Part shown: positions 52,855 through 62,360 of the stretch, piece after piece
Layout of the letters: each line of letters begins with the position of its first letter
Numbering within the stretch: position 1 is the stretch's first letter
NCBI GenBank assembly: GCA_023393655.1
Contig: JAEWKP010000381.1
Span: 2,626-66,625, forward strand
Direction: 5' to 3'
Source: Pseudomonadota bacterium
GTDB taxonomy: Bacteria; Pseudomonadota; Alphaproteobacteria; Rhizobiales; Beijerinckiaceae
Length of the DNA stretch: 64,000 bases
The notes under the pieces: generated by a model
What the model was told of the DNA's origin: nothing
Databases searched by the model: none
Seen by the model: the letters and a program-made list of their open reading frames with translations, nothing else
Position numbers and translations under genes: made by a program

Positions 52855-54308
52855 GCAACAACAGGAGCGCGCCCCCCGGCCGGGCGGGCACGACCCTGGG
52901 GTCGCACGATGCGCTGCGGGCGCTCCCGCACGGTCGGCGTTTTCGCGGTCAGATATTTGAGCGCCTGGCTCGTCGCATCGACCTGGTCATCGTTACGCGC
53001 GAGCGGAAAGGCCAGGAGCTCACCGAGATAATCGGCGAGCCAGCTGGCCTCGCGCGGCAGGAACACCTGCCCCGCCTCGAAGCGTGCTGCCTGCGCCATC
53101 AGCCGCGCTTCCTTTTCGATGCGCGATGACTGCAGCAGCGGATAAAGCGTGCCGGAGCGGCGCAGATCCTGCGACAACGCCCGTCCCAGCTCGGTATTCT
53201 CGATCAACGTCGCATCAACCGCATGCTTCCGGGACAGATCGATCATCTTGCGGCGCAGCTCCGGTGCCTCCCAGCGACCGCGGACCACGTCAACGAGATA
53301 ATAGGTCTGTCCGACCGCGCCCCAGACCATCCCGACCGACCAGTCGGAATGCTCGGCCTGGGTCGAGGCGGTGTCCCAGGACGCGACCTTCAGATCGAAC
53401 GCAGCCGGCCCCTCATCGTAATAATGCAGCCAGTCGCGCTTGATGATCTGCCCTTCGGCCGGCAGCGGGTTCTGCTGATATTGCGCCGAGAAGTTCAACG
53501 CGCCGAGATTGCGCTTGATCGCCTCGAGCTCGGCAAAGCTATCGCGGCCAGCATGCATGATTTCGCCCTGGCGGCGGTGATGGAACGCTTCCGGACCATG
53601 GCCAATGCGATAGCGGCAATCGTCCGGCGCGATCGCGGGGATCGAGAGCACCTCCCAGTCCTCCTTCTCCAGGACATGGCCAACCAGATCGTCTTCGTGC
53701 AGGCGCTGCATGACAATCACGATCGCGCCGGTAGCCCGGTCGTTCAGCCGCGAGTAGAGGGTGCCGTCATAGAACTCCTTGACCCGACGCCGCGCGGCGG
53801 CTGACAGCGCCTCTTTGAGCCCGTTGATCGGATCGTCGATCACAATCAGATCGGCGCCGCGTCCCAACACCGAACCGCCGATGGACGAGGCATAGCGGTA
53901 GCCCTGTTCGGTGGTGCGGATCTCCTGGCCGCGATTGGCCGCGATCGCGAAGTCCGGGAAGGCGCGACGATACCAATCCGCGGTCACCACGCTGCGGAAG
54001 GCCGCAGCGTGGGTGAGCGACAGTTCATTGGCATAGCTGATCGCCATGATCCGCTTGCGCGGATTATGGCCCATCAGCCAAGCCGTGAACGCAATCGTGA
54101 CGCAGATCGACTTGGCCGAGCGTGGCGGCACATTGATGATCAGCCGTTTGCACTCGCCGCTCCAGACCCGCATCAACTGGTAGGCGATCGCTTCGATATG
54201 CCAGTTGTGCTGATAGGCCTTTCCCGGCTCCAGCGCCACGAAGCAATGCTCGATGAAGCTTGCCAGATCGCGACGCAGAGCGGTGGTGAGAAGAGCTTTC
54301 TCAGCCAT
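52851..54308 (-). CDS. Phage terminase large subunit-like protein
   Basis: Walker A INVPPRSAKS, Walker B LIVIDDP, MQRLHEDD, AQYQQNP, RNase H-fold SWDTA and DDQVDA. Confidence 0.88.
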   Translation of the reverse strand: MAEKALLTTALRRDLASFIEHCFVALEPGKAYQHNWHIEAIAYQLMRVWSGECKRLIINVPPRSAKSICVTIAFTAWLMGHNPRKRIMAISYANELSLTHAAAFRSVVTADWYRRAFPDFAIAANRGQEIRTTEQGYRYASSIGGSVLGRGADLIVIDDPINGLKEALSAAARRRVKEFYDGTLYSRLNDRATGAIVIVMQRLHEDDLVGHVLEKEDWEVLSIPAIAPDDCRYRIGHGPEAFHHRRQGEIMHAGRDSFAELEAIKRNLGALNFSAQYQQNPLPAEGQIIKRDWLHYYDEGPAAFDLKVASWDTASTQAEHSDWSVGMVWGAVGQTYYLVDVVRGRWEAPELRRKMIDLSRKHAVDATLIENTELGRALSQDLRRSGTLYPLLQSSRIEKEARLMAQAARFEAGQVFLPREASWLADYLGELLAFPLARNDDQVDATSQALKYLTAKTPTVRERPQRIVRPQGRARPAGGRAPVVA

Positions 54309-54699
54309 CTTCGCCTCCCGTCACACCCGAACGCTTCCTGGCGAGGAAGCGCGCGATGAGCGCTTCCTCCTCAGCTTCGTTCAGCCCGGACTCCGCGTCG
54401 GGCTTGTTGTCGTTGGCCATGTCCAGCCTAAACAGCAATGCGAACGCGGGCACATTGCCGTCCATGGCGATCGCGAAGAGGCGCTCACGCAAGGCCTCGC
54501 GCTTGCTGATCCAAACCTCCTTGCCAGCGATTTTTGCTTTGACCTTTTTCGATAAGAAGGGCTGGTCATCATCCTTTGGAGCGGCGCTCGATTTGCTCTT
54601 GCGACGCCCCGACGGATTGCCGCTCTGTCCCTTCTGGAAGCGGGTATGCTGCGGCGGCTTCTTATAGCCTACGGCCGGGGGATCATCCTCACGCGACAT
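54301..54699 (-). CDS. DUF5681-like protein (candidate terminase small subunit)
   Basis: VGYKKPPQHTRFQKGQSGNPSGR; GGAGG RBS; overlaps the terminase start. Confidence 0.8.
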   Translation of the reverse strand: MSREDDPPAVGYKKPPQHTRFQKGQSGNPSGRRKSKSSAAPKDDDQPFLSKKVKAKIAGKEVWISKREALRERLFAIAMDGNVPAFALLFRLDMANDNKPDAESGLNEAEEEALIARFLARKRSGVTGGEDG

Positions 54700-56134
54700 G
54701 GCCCCCTCCAACGTTCTCGTCCGACAGCATGCGGGCGGCAGCATCACACCCGCGCTGCGCCGCCATCTCCGCGAAGGTCAGCCCGGTCTCGGCGTGGCGC
54801 GCCTCGTCCTTGAACAGCTTCTCCCAGCGGCGGATCGCACCATCGACATAGAGCGGATCGAGCTCCATGCCGTAACCGCGGCGCTTCGTCTTGGCCGCTG
54901 CGATCAGCGTCGTGCCCGACCCGCTGAAGGGATCGAGGATGATCCCCTTCGGCTTCGAGCAATCCTTGATCGCGTCCATCACCATCGCGCAGGGCTTGAC
55001 CGTCGGATGGCTCGCCAGCTCCGCCATCCGGCCCTTGCGGAAGCCGTTGACGCCCGCATAGCTCCACAAGGTCGTGCGATAGCGACCGTGCTTGCCGAGC
55101 TCGATGTTGTTGATGTGGGACGCCTTACCCTTCTTCCACAGCGTGATGAGCTCGGTCTGGCTGCGATAGAGCGAACCCATCCCGGCATTGGCCTTGGCCC
55201 AGGTGATCACCGACTTGAGCTCATCGAAGACGCCATAACCCGCATTCAGCATCTCATGCAGGTGCGGGCCATCGATGCAGCTATAGATCAACGCGCCGTC
55301 CTGCGAAGCCTCCGCGATCCGTGCGAAGACCTCGTGCAGGAAGGCCGTGAACTCGAGCTTGCTCATCTCGCCCGACGCCATCGCGAACTCGCGGTGCTTG
55401 GTCCGCCCGAGACCGCCGACATGGCCGTTCACCTTCAAATTGTAGGGCGGATCCGTAAACACCATCTGGGCGAGTTCCCCGCCCATCAGCGCCTGATAGT
55501 CGCCCCGCTCGCGCGCATCGCCGCACAGGATGCGGTGGTCGCCCAGCAGCCAGAGATCACCGCGCACGGTCACCGCGACATCGTGCAGCCCCGGCAACGC
55601 GTCCGCCGGATCAACCTTCGCCGCCACGGGCTTACCGGGATCGAGGAGCACATCGATATGCGCCGTCTCGAAGCCGGTGATCTCGACCTCGAAGTCGAGC
55701 TCGATCAGTTCGCCCAGCTCCAGCTTCAGGATCGCGTCATCCCAACCCGACAACTCGGCCAGACGGTTGTCCGCGATCCGCAGCGCCCGAATCTGCTGCG
55801 GGCCGAGGTGATCGATCAAGATCACCGGCACCGTTTCCATGCCGAGCAGCTTCGCCGCCTCGTAGCGACCGTGCCCAGCGACGATCTCGCCGCTCTTGGT
55901 CACCAGGATCGGCGTCGTGAAGCTGAACTCCTTGATGCTCTCCGCGATCAGATGGATCTGCTTCTTTGAGTGCGTGCGCGCGTTGCGCACCGACGGCACC
56001 AGCTCCGTCAGCACGCGCTCGCTCACCTGCGGCGCGAAACTCGCAATCGCGCGCTTGAGCTCGGGGTCTGCGACGGCGGCGGGCTGGACGCGGCGGCGAA
56101 CGCGCGCCTGCGGCTTGGGGGAATGAGAGGACAT
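54689..56134 (-). CDS. ParB-like N-terminal domain fused to a beta-class N4/N6 DNA methyltransferase
   Basis: NARTH, IVAGHGR, IADNRL (ParB/Srx); FTDPPYN precedes HPTVKP and LDPFSGSGTT. Confidence 0.9.
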   Translation of the reverse strand: MSSHSPKPQARVRRRVQPAAVADPELKRAIASFAPQVSERVLTELVPSVRNARTHSKKQIHLIAESIKEFSFTTPILVTKSGEIVAGHGRYEAAKLLGMETVPVILIDHLGPQQIRALRIADNRLAELSGWDDAILKLELGELIELDFEVEITGFETAHIDVLLDPGKPVAAKVDPADALPGLHDVAVTVRGDLWLLGDHRILCGDARERGDYQALMGGELAQMVFTDPPYNLKVNGHVGGLGRTKHREFAMASGEMSKLEFTAFLHEVFARIAEASQDGALIYSCIDGPHLHEMLNAGYGVFDELKSVITWAKANAGMGSLYRSQTELITLWKKGKASHINNIELGKHGRYRTTLWSYAGVNGFRKGRMAELASHPTVKPCAMVMDAIKDCSKPKGIILDPFSGSGTTLIAAAKTKRRGYGMELDPLYVDGAIRRWEKLFKDEARHAETGLTFAEMAAQRGCDAAARMLSDENVGGGHVA

Positions 56135-56485
56135 TAGGATCGTTTCCTTTTTCAAGGAGACGACCAGAACAAGCGAGCACTCGCGGCAAAGCGCGGCCTG
56201 CCCAGATCACCTGGAAGGCCTAAACCTTGCCTAACGAGGGCTGCTCACAAAAAGTGAAATGCCTCAATCAGGAGCACCGGACACGATCTGATCGTTCTCG
56301 GTTCGCGTCGCGAAAATATACGACGCTATGTCATATAGCCCGATCGTCGGCGATTCGCAAGAGAACAACCCAAGGAATTCAGCGTCTTAGGATCATAGGG
56401 TCTCTCTGTCAGCCTCGCTGCCGCCGACATCGTCTCACCGCCGCAATCAGCAGCGATTGACGCGGTCCAAAGCGCCGCCAACATG

Positions 56486-56653
56486 CCCTGCTCACGCTGT
56501 CCACTATCCCTGCTAATTGAGAGCGAACTCCCTGCTCGCAAAAGCACGGCCGAGCCCCAAAATGCCATACCTCCAGGCGCTTAAGGCGCAAGACGACGTG
56601 GATTCAATCCTCCTACTAAATCAGAACTCCCTGATAACTCCCTGCTACCAGGG
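56486..56653. repeat. Array of CCCTG(C/A)T direct repeats in 11-bp phase with one inverted copy
   Basis: CCCTG starts at 56486, 56508, 56530, 56629 and 56640; three copies extend to AACTCCCTG(C/A)T; CAGGG at 56649-56653. Confidence 0.75.
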
Positions 56654-56782
56654 TATTCGGCGCGGCGTTGGTCACAAACGAATGGCGCATTTCCGCGCGC
56701 TGTCGCCCCTCCCCGAGCTATGCCAGATTGCTTATCGGCCGCAGATGATAGGCGGCCTCTTGATAGCTCTATCGGATATGCC

Positions 56783-58447
56783 ATGCCCGACCCCGCCTCC
56801 ACCGACCGCCGCCTGATCGGCAGCTTCGATTACGTCGTGATCGGGGCGGGCTCCGCCGGCTGCGTCGTCGCCAACCGGCTGGCGGCCGACCCGGAGAGCA
56901 AGGTTCTGGTGCTCGAAGCCGGGGGCATGGACGACTGGATCTGGTTCCACATCCCGGTCGGCTACCTCTTCGCGATCGGCAATCCCCGCGCCGACTGGCT
57001 GTTCCAGACCGAGCCGCAGGCCGGTCTCGGCGGGCGAGCTCTGGCCTATCCGCGCGGCAAGGTCGTCGGCGGCTCCTCGGCGATCAACGCCATGGTCTAT
57101 ATGCGCGGCCAGGCGGCCGACTATGACGGCTGGCGCCGCCGAGGCCTGACCGGCTGGGGCTGGGACGACGTGCTGCCCTATTTCCTCCGGCACGAGGACC
57201 ATATGGCGCCGCCGCCGGGCGGGCTGCACAAGGCGGGCGGGGAATGGCGCGTCGAGCATCCGCGCGTGCGCTGGGCGATCCTCGACGCGATCCGCGATGC
57301 TGCGGAGGCCGCGGGCATCGCCAAGATTCCGGACTTCAACACCGGCGACAATGAAGGTTCCTCCTATTTCCAGGTGAACCAGCGGCGCGGGCGACGCCTC
57401 AGCGCCTACCGTGCCTTCCTGAAACCGATGCTGGAACGGCACGACCGCGACAATCTCCGGCTGGAGACGGGCGTACATGTCGAACGCATCCTGTTCGAGA
57501 ACGGCCGGGCGAAAGCCGTCGAGTTCACACATGGCCTGGGCACGGCGAGCGAGGAAAGACTGAAGGTCGAGATCAACGGGGAGGTCGTGCTTTCGGCCGG
57601 GGCCGTCGCCTCGCCGCTCCTGCTCGAACGCTCCGGCATCGGCAGCGGAGCGCGCCTGCAGGGCTTCGGCATCGAGACGCTGGTCAATGCGCCCGGCGTC
57701 GGCGAGAACCTGCAGGACCATCTCCAGATTCGGCCGGTCTACAAGGTTCATGGCGTCAAGACGCTGAACAGCGACTATGCCAAGCTGTGGCGCCGGCCCC
57801 TGATGGCCCTGGAATGGGCGGCGTTGCGCACCGGACCGCTGACCATGGCGCCCTCACAGGTCGGCGCCTTCGCAAAGTCCTCACCGCAATACGCCACGGC
57901 CAATCTGCAATATCATTTCCAGCCGCTCTCGCTCGACAGCTGGGGCTCGGGCCTGCACCCGTTCGACGCCTTCACGGCGAGCGTCTGCAATCTCCGGCCG
58001 ACGAGCCGCGGCAGCGTGCATCTGCGCTCGGCCGATCCGCGCGACAATCCCGTCATCTCGCCGAACTATTTCGACACAGAGGAGGACCGGCAGGTCGCTG
58101 TCGACGCGATGAAGTTGACGCGCCGGATCGTGGCCCAAGAGCCTCTCGCCCGCTTCCGGCCCGAGGAGCATATGCCGGGCGAGGCCGCTCAATCCGACGA
58201 AGCCCTGCTGGAAGCCGCCGCCAAGTTGGGCACCACGATCTTCCACCCCGTCGGCACGGCCCGGATGGGCAGCGATGACGATCCGGGCGCGGTCCTCGAC
58301 GGACGGCTCAGGGTGCGTGGCGTCGAGGGCCTGCGCGTCATCGACGCCTCGGTGATGCCGATGATCACCTCCGGCAATACCGCCAATCCGACGATGATGA
58401 TCGCCGAGAAGGGCGTGGCGATGCTGAAGGAAGACGCACGCCGCTAG
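56783..58447 (+). CDS. GMC family oxidoreductase (choline dehydrogenase-like)
   Basis: DYVVIGAGSAG, RGKVVGGSSAIN, GVGENLQDH, HPVGT, GNTANPT. Confidence 0.92.
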   Translation: MPDPASTDRRLIGSFDYVVIGAGSAGCVVANRLAADPESKVLVLEAGGMDDWIWFHIPVGYLFAIGNPRADWLFQTEPQAGLGGRALAYPRGKVVGGSSAINAMVYMRGQAADYDGWRRRGLTGWGWDDVLPYFLRHEDHMAPPPGGLHKAGGEWRVEHPRVRWAILDAIRDAAEAAGIAKIPDFNTGDNEGSSYFQVNQRRGRRLSAYRAFLKPMLERHDRDNLRLETGVHVERILFENGRAKAVEFTHGLGTASEERLKVEINGEVVLSAGAVASPLLLERSGIGSGARLQGFGIETLVNAPGVGENLQDHLQIRPVYKVHGVKTLNSDYAKLWRRPLMALEWAALRTGPLTMAPSQVGAFAKSSPQYATANLQYHFQPLSLDSWGSGLHPFDAFTASVCNLRPTSRGSVHLRSADPRDNPVISPNYFDTEEDRQVAVDAMKLTRRIVAQEPLARFRPEEHMPGEAAQSDEALLEAAAKLGTTIFHPVGTARMGSDDDPGAVLDGRLRVRGVEGLRVIDASVMPMITSGNTANPTMMIAEKGVAMLKEDARR

Positions 58448-58501
58448 CGGCTACCGGGTCGGCATGGAATTGCCGCAAATCGCAACCTATGAATCGGAGG
58501 G

Positions 58502-59029
58502 ATGCCCGATAACCTTCCGCCCTCGCCTACACCCGGACGCGGTCCGCTGACGCGCGGATTGCTCGCGGTCCTGCGCGCCATCATCACCGTCTTCGTCATC
58601 CTCGACGAGTTCCTGCGGCCGCTCTACCGGCCGCTGCTGCGCCGGCTCGCGGAACTGCGCATCATGCGCCGGCTGGAGGAGAGCGTCGCCGCGCTGCCGC
58701 GCCCGCTCGTGCTGCTGGCGCTGGCGATCCCCTTCGCCATTGCCGAGCCGCTGAAGCTGTTCGGGCTGCTGCTCTTCGCGCGCGGGCAGTTCTGGGCGGG
58801 GCTCGTGGTGACCGCCTTCGCGCATCTGATGAGCTTCGTCTTCGTCGAGCGGATCTATCATGCCGGCCGCGAGAAGCTTCTGAGCTATCGCTGGTTCGCC
58901 TGGGTGATGGGGCAGGTCGTGCGCGTTCGCGACGGCGTGCTCGGCTGGGTCCGAGCCACCGCCGCCTATGGCCTGGCGATGCGGACACGTGATGCCGTGC
59001 GTCACTGGTGGCGAACGATGCGGGCCTGA
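58502..59029 (+). CDS. Hypothetical membrane protein
   Basis: GGAGG RBS, several hydrophobic segments, host-like codon usage. Confidence 0.7.
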   Translation: MPDNLPPSPTPGRGPLTRGLLAVLRAIITVFVILDEFLRPLYRPLLRRLAELRIMRRLEESVAALPRPLVLLALAIPFAIAEPLKLFGLLLFARGQFWAGLVVTAFAHLMSFVFVERIYHAGREKLLSYRWFAWVMGQVVRVRDGVLGWVRATAAYGLAMRTRDAVRHWWRTMRA

Positions 59030-59032
59030 GCC

Positions 59033-60253
59033 TCAGGCCGAGCGGCCGCGTGCCAGCAGCATGAGGGCGCCGGCTGCGAGCGCCGAGAAGGCGATTAACA
59101 ACAGCGTCGAGACTGTGACGCCGCCACGCTCCAGCGCGATGGCGAAGGCGAGTGGGGCCGTCGCCTTGATGACGAGGCCAGGCGCCGAGAGCTTGCCCAT
59201 GGTCGCACCGAAGCCGACCGGACCGAAGAGCTGGAGCGGGACAGTGCCGCGCACGATCGAGCTCAGGCCCATGCTGATGCCGAAGGCGATGGCGAAGAGC
59301 CCGGCAACGACCGGGAGCGAGCCGCCGATCAGGAGCAGGACGAGGCCGAGCGGCATGAGCCAGGCCGAGACCCAGGCGGTCGTGACCGGCGAGACGGAGC
59401 GCCCGAACAGCATCTCTGTGAGACGCCCGGCGACCTGCGACGGACCGAGCATCGCACCGATGCCGACCGCGACGGCGGCGCTGAGGCCAAAACCCTGCAG
59501 CAGCGCCAGCATATGCACGGCCATGGCCGAGACGACGAAGCCTTGCAGCGAGAAGGCCAGCGCCAGCAGCAGGAAGGCGCGGCGACGAGCCTCCCCCGTG
59601 AGATAAGTCGTCTCCGGCTCCTGCGAGGAGGACGGGACGGCAATACCGGTCTCGGCGACCACCGGCCGCTTCACGCGCCCCGGCAGGAAAAGGAGATGCA
59701 GAGGCAGGCAGACCAGAATCTGCGAGAGACCATAGAGTCGATAGACGCCGCGCCAGTCCATGATCGCGAGCAGACTGCTGGTGAGCGGCCAGAACAGGGT
59801 CGAGGCAAAGCCGCCGATCAGGGTGAGCTGGCTGATGGCGCGCCGCGCCTGACTGCCGCGCGCCTGCGTCAAGGCGGCGAAGGCGGCGTCGTAGAAGACG
59901 GCCGTCGTCACCGCCTGCAAGGCGACCATCGCGAGCGTGTAGCTGACGATCCCTCGCGCCTCGGCCAGCGCGAAGAGCGAGAGCCCCGCCAGGCCGGAGC
60001 CGATCGTCATCACCAGCCGCGTGCCGTAGCGATCGATCAGGCTGCCGGTGACGGGGGCGACCGCACCACCCAGCAGCAGCCCCACCGCGAAACCGCCGAA
60101 GGTCCATTCCGGGGCCCAGCCGAAATCGGCGGTCATGCGCGGCGCCAGCACGGTGAACGCGTAATAGAGCGCGCCATAGCCAAAGACCTGCGTGACGCCG
60201 AGCGCGACGATCAGCGAAGGCCCGCCCGGCCGGGCGAATCTCAGCGAAGTCAT
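59033..60253 (-). CDS. MFS transporter
   Basis: About 12 hydrophobic segments; motif A GSLIDRYGTR; GGFASTLFWP. Confidence 0.88.
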   Translation of the reverse strand: MTSLRFARPGGPSLIVALGVTQVFGYGALYYAFTVLAPRMTADFGWAPEWTFGGFAVGLLLGGAVAPVTGSLIDRYGTRLVMTIGSGLAGLSLFALAEARGIVSYTLAMVALQAVTTAVFYDAAFAALTQARGSQARRAISQLTLIGGFASTLFWPLTSSLLAIMDWRGVYRLYGLSQILVCLPLHLLFLPGRVKRPVVAETGIAVPSSSQEPETTYLTGEARRRAFLLLALAFSLQGFVVSAMAVHMLALLQGFGLSAAVAVGIGAMLGPSQVAGRLTEMLFGRSVSPVTTAWVSAWLMPLGLVLLLIGGSLPVVAGLFAIAFGISMGLSSIVRGTVPLQLFGPVGFGATMGKLSAPGLVIKATAPLAFAIALERGGVTVSTLLLIAFSALAAGALMLLARGRSA

Positions 60254-60274
60254 GGCCGCTATCCCTGCCCTCGA

Positions 60275-61246
60275 TCAGACGATCTGGTTGCGCAGGCTCG
60301 CCTCGCCGCGTGCCAGCCGGTCCAGATTGTCGAGGAGGATGTCAATCACATTGCCTTCATAGGCACGGGTTTCGCCGGCGCTATGCGGGGTGACGATGAC
60401 CTGCGGCATGCGCCAGAACGGCGAGATCGGCGGCAATGGCTCCTCGTGGAAGCAGTCGAGCCCGGCGCCGGCGATGCGGCTGTTGCCGAGCGCATCGAGC
60501 AGGGCCATCTCGTCGACGACGCGGCCGCGCGCCACGTTGATCAGGTAAGCGGAAGGCTTCATCGCGCCGAGGATGCGGGCATCGATCAGCCCTTCGGCCT
60601 CCGGCGTCAGCGGGCAGGTCAGGGCGACGAAATCGGCCTGCGCCACCGCATCAGCGAGCTTGTCCGGGTGGACAACCGCCTCGACATGCGGCTGCGGCTC
60701 GGCGCTGCGGCGCACGCCGATGACGCGCATGTCGAAGGCCGCCGCCAATTTTGCCAGACGCAGGCCGATGCGGCCGAGCCCGACGATGACCAGCGTCTTG
60801 CCGCCGAGTTCATCCTCGCGCAGCGCCCTGTCGCCGATCATCGGGCGCCAGAACTGCTTCGCCTGGTTGTCCCGGGCGAAATGGATCTGACGGGTCAACG
60901 CCAGGATCAGCGACATCGCATGCTCGGCGACCGCCCGCTCATTGCTACCCTGGGCGCTGGCAAGGCGGATACCGGCGGCGCCGATCGCCGGCTTGTCGAA
61001 CTGGTCGGTACCGGCGCTGATCGACTGGATGAAGCGCAACTTCGGCAGACGCGGCAGCAGGTCGTTGCGCCACAGGCCGGAGACGACGAGCACATCGGCT
61101 TCCGGCGCCCGCTCCCGCAGATCGTCGAGGCTGTTGACCTCGAAGCTCTTGGCGGCACGGCCGCGCGTGAGGAACTCGTCCCGAAGCTGATAGGCGGCAT
61201 GGGCGAAGCCGATCGTCAGTTCGCCTTCCGGTGGCAGGACTGCCAT
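60275..61246 (-). CDS. D-2-hydroxyacid dehydrogenase
   Basis: VAEHA, GLGRIG, CPLT, INVARGRVVDE, TPHSAG. Confidence 0.92.
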   Translation of the reverse strand: MAVLPPEGELTIGFAHAAYQLRDEFLTRGRAAKSFEVNSLDDLRERAPEADVLVVSGLWRNDLLPRLPKLRFIQSISAGTDQFDKPAIGAAGIRLASAQGSNERAVAEHAMSLILALTRQIHFARDNQAKQFWRPMIGDRALREDELGGKTLVIVGLGRIGLRLAKLAAAFDMRVIGVRRSAEPQPHVEAVVHPDKLADAVAQADFVALTCPLTPEAEGLIDARILGAMKPSAYLINVARGRVVDEMALLDALGNSRIAGAGLDCFHEEPLPPISPFWRMPQVIVTPHSAGETRAYEGNVIDILLDNLDRLARGEASLRNQIV

Positions 61247-61346
61247 GCGTTGTCTCTCCCCGATTCCTTATGCAGCCAACGTTAGCCGGCGCGCCGGCTC
61301 CTGTCCCCGCACTGGCCGCATGCAAGCTTCACGCAAATCGCGATGC

Positions 61347-62360
61347 TCAGGAGGCATCGACGGCCAGCGCAGCATGCAGGCGCGACCACGCGGCCTCGTC
61401 CACCGGCAGACCGAAACGCAGGCGATCCCGCGCGTTCTGGAAGCGGCGGACATAGATGCCGTGACCGCCGAGGCGGGCGAAGAGCGCCGCCGCTTGCGGC
61501 GTTTCGAGGAGGCGGAACAGGGTCGTGCCGCCGACGACGCGTCCATGCAGCTCCAGCAAGGCATCGAGACGCGCGGCATCCTGCGCCCGTTCCCGGCCGG
61601 CCGCGGCGAGCCAACCGGCATCGGACAACGCAAGTGCGCCGACATGGAGCGCCGGACCGGCGACCGACCACGGACCGAGCGCGGCCTTGAACCTTGCCAT
61701 TGGCTCCGGAGCACCGATGGCGAAGCCGAGCCGGAGTCCGGCGAGACCGTAGGTCTTGCCGAAGGAGCGCAGCACGATCGTGCCTGTCGGAAGCTCGGGG
61801 ATGATGCTGGATTCGGGCGTGAAATCGGCAAATGCCTCGTCGACGACGAGCAGGCCGCCGCGGGCGGCGCAATGCGCGGCGAGCCGGCCCAGTTCGTCGC
61901 GGGGCAGCACGCGCCCGTCGGGATTGTTGGGATTGACCACGACGCTCGTCACGGCGTCTTCAGGAGACGCGGCCGTCTCAGTGACCGAAAAGCCGGCCTT
62001 GCGCCAGGCATGGCCGTGCTCGGCATAAGTGGGACCCAGAATCGTGACGGGGCCGGCCGGCGCGAGGCGCGGCAGCAATTCGATCAGGATCTGCGTGCCG
62101 GGCGCCGCCACGATGTCTGCGTGAGCCGGAACGCGATAGGCCTCGCGGGCAGCCGCAATCAACGCCGCCTCGTCATCGGCGCCGGGCAGGCGCGCCCACA
62201 GGCTTAACGGCAGCGCCGGAAGCGGATAGGGGATCGGATTGATCCCGGTGGAGAGAGCGACCCAGGGCTGCGGTGCCTCCGGAAAGAGCGCGCGGGCAGT
62301 GGCGAGATCGCCGCCATGCCAGATACCGTCCTCAGCCACGACCCTGCTTGCGCCCTGCAT
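61347..62360 (-). CDS. cobC: Threonine-phosphate decarboxylase (cobalamin biosynthesis)
   Basis: HGGDL, LSTGINP, NPNNPDG, DEAF, RSFGKTYGLAGLRLGF; alternative GTG start at 62339. Confidence 0.9.
   Translation of the reverse strand: MQGASRVVAEDGIWHGGDLATARALFPEAPQPWVALSTGINPIPYPLPALPLSLWARLPGADDEAALIAAAREAYRVPAHADIVAAPGTQILIELLPRLAPAGPVTILGPTYAEHGHAWRKAGFSVTETAASPEDAVTSVVVNPNNPDGRVLPRDELGRLAAHCAARGGLLVVDEAFADFTPESSIIPELPTGTIVLRSFGKTYGLAGLRLGFAIGAPEPMARFKAALGPWSVAGPALHVGALALSDAGWLAAAGRERAQDAARLDALLELHGRVVGGTTLFRLLETPQAAALFARLGGHGIYVRRFQNARDRLRFGLPVDEAAWSRLHAALAVDAS

Larger units (their letters stand above)
49861..56653. mobile_element. Phage-derived recombination/terminase module without visible capsid or integrase genes
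   Basis: XRE, ERF, YqaJ, HNH, terminase, DUF5681 and ParB-MTase genes clustered between the glycan locus and core genes; boundaries approximate and no att sites found. Confidence 0.65.

Noticed and set aside
49861..56134. Complete prophage or classical gene transfer agent
   Set aside because: No portal, capsid, tail, lysis or integrase genes, and the module is only about 7 kb
56486..56653. CRISPR array
   Set aside because: Repeats are only 7-11 bp with irregular spacers, and no cas genes are present
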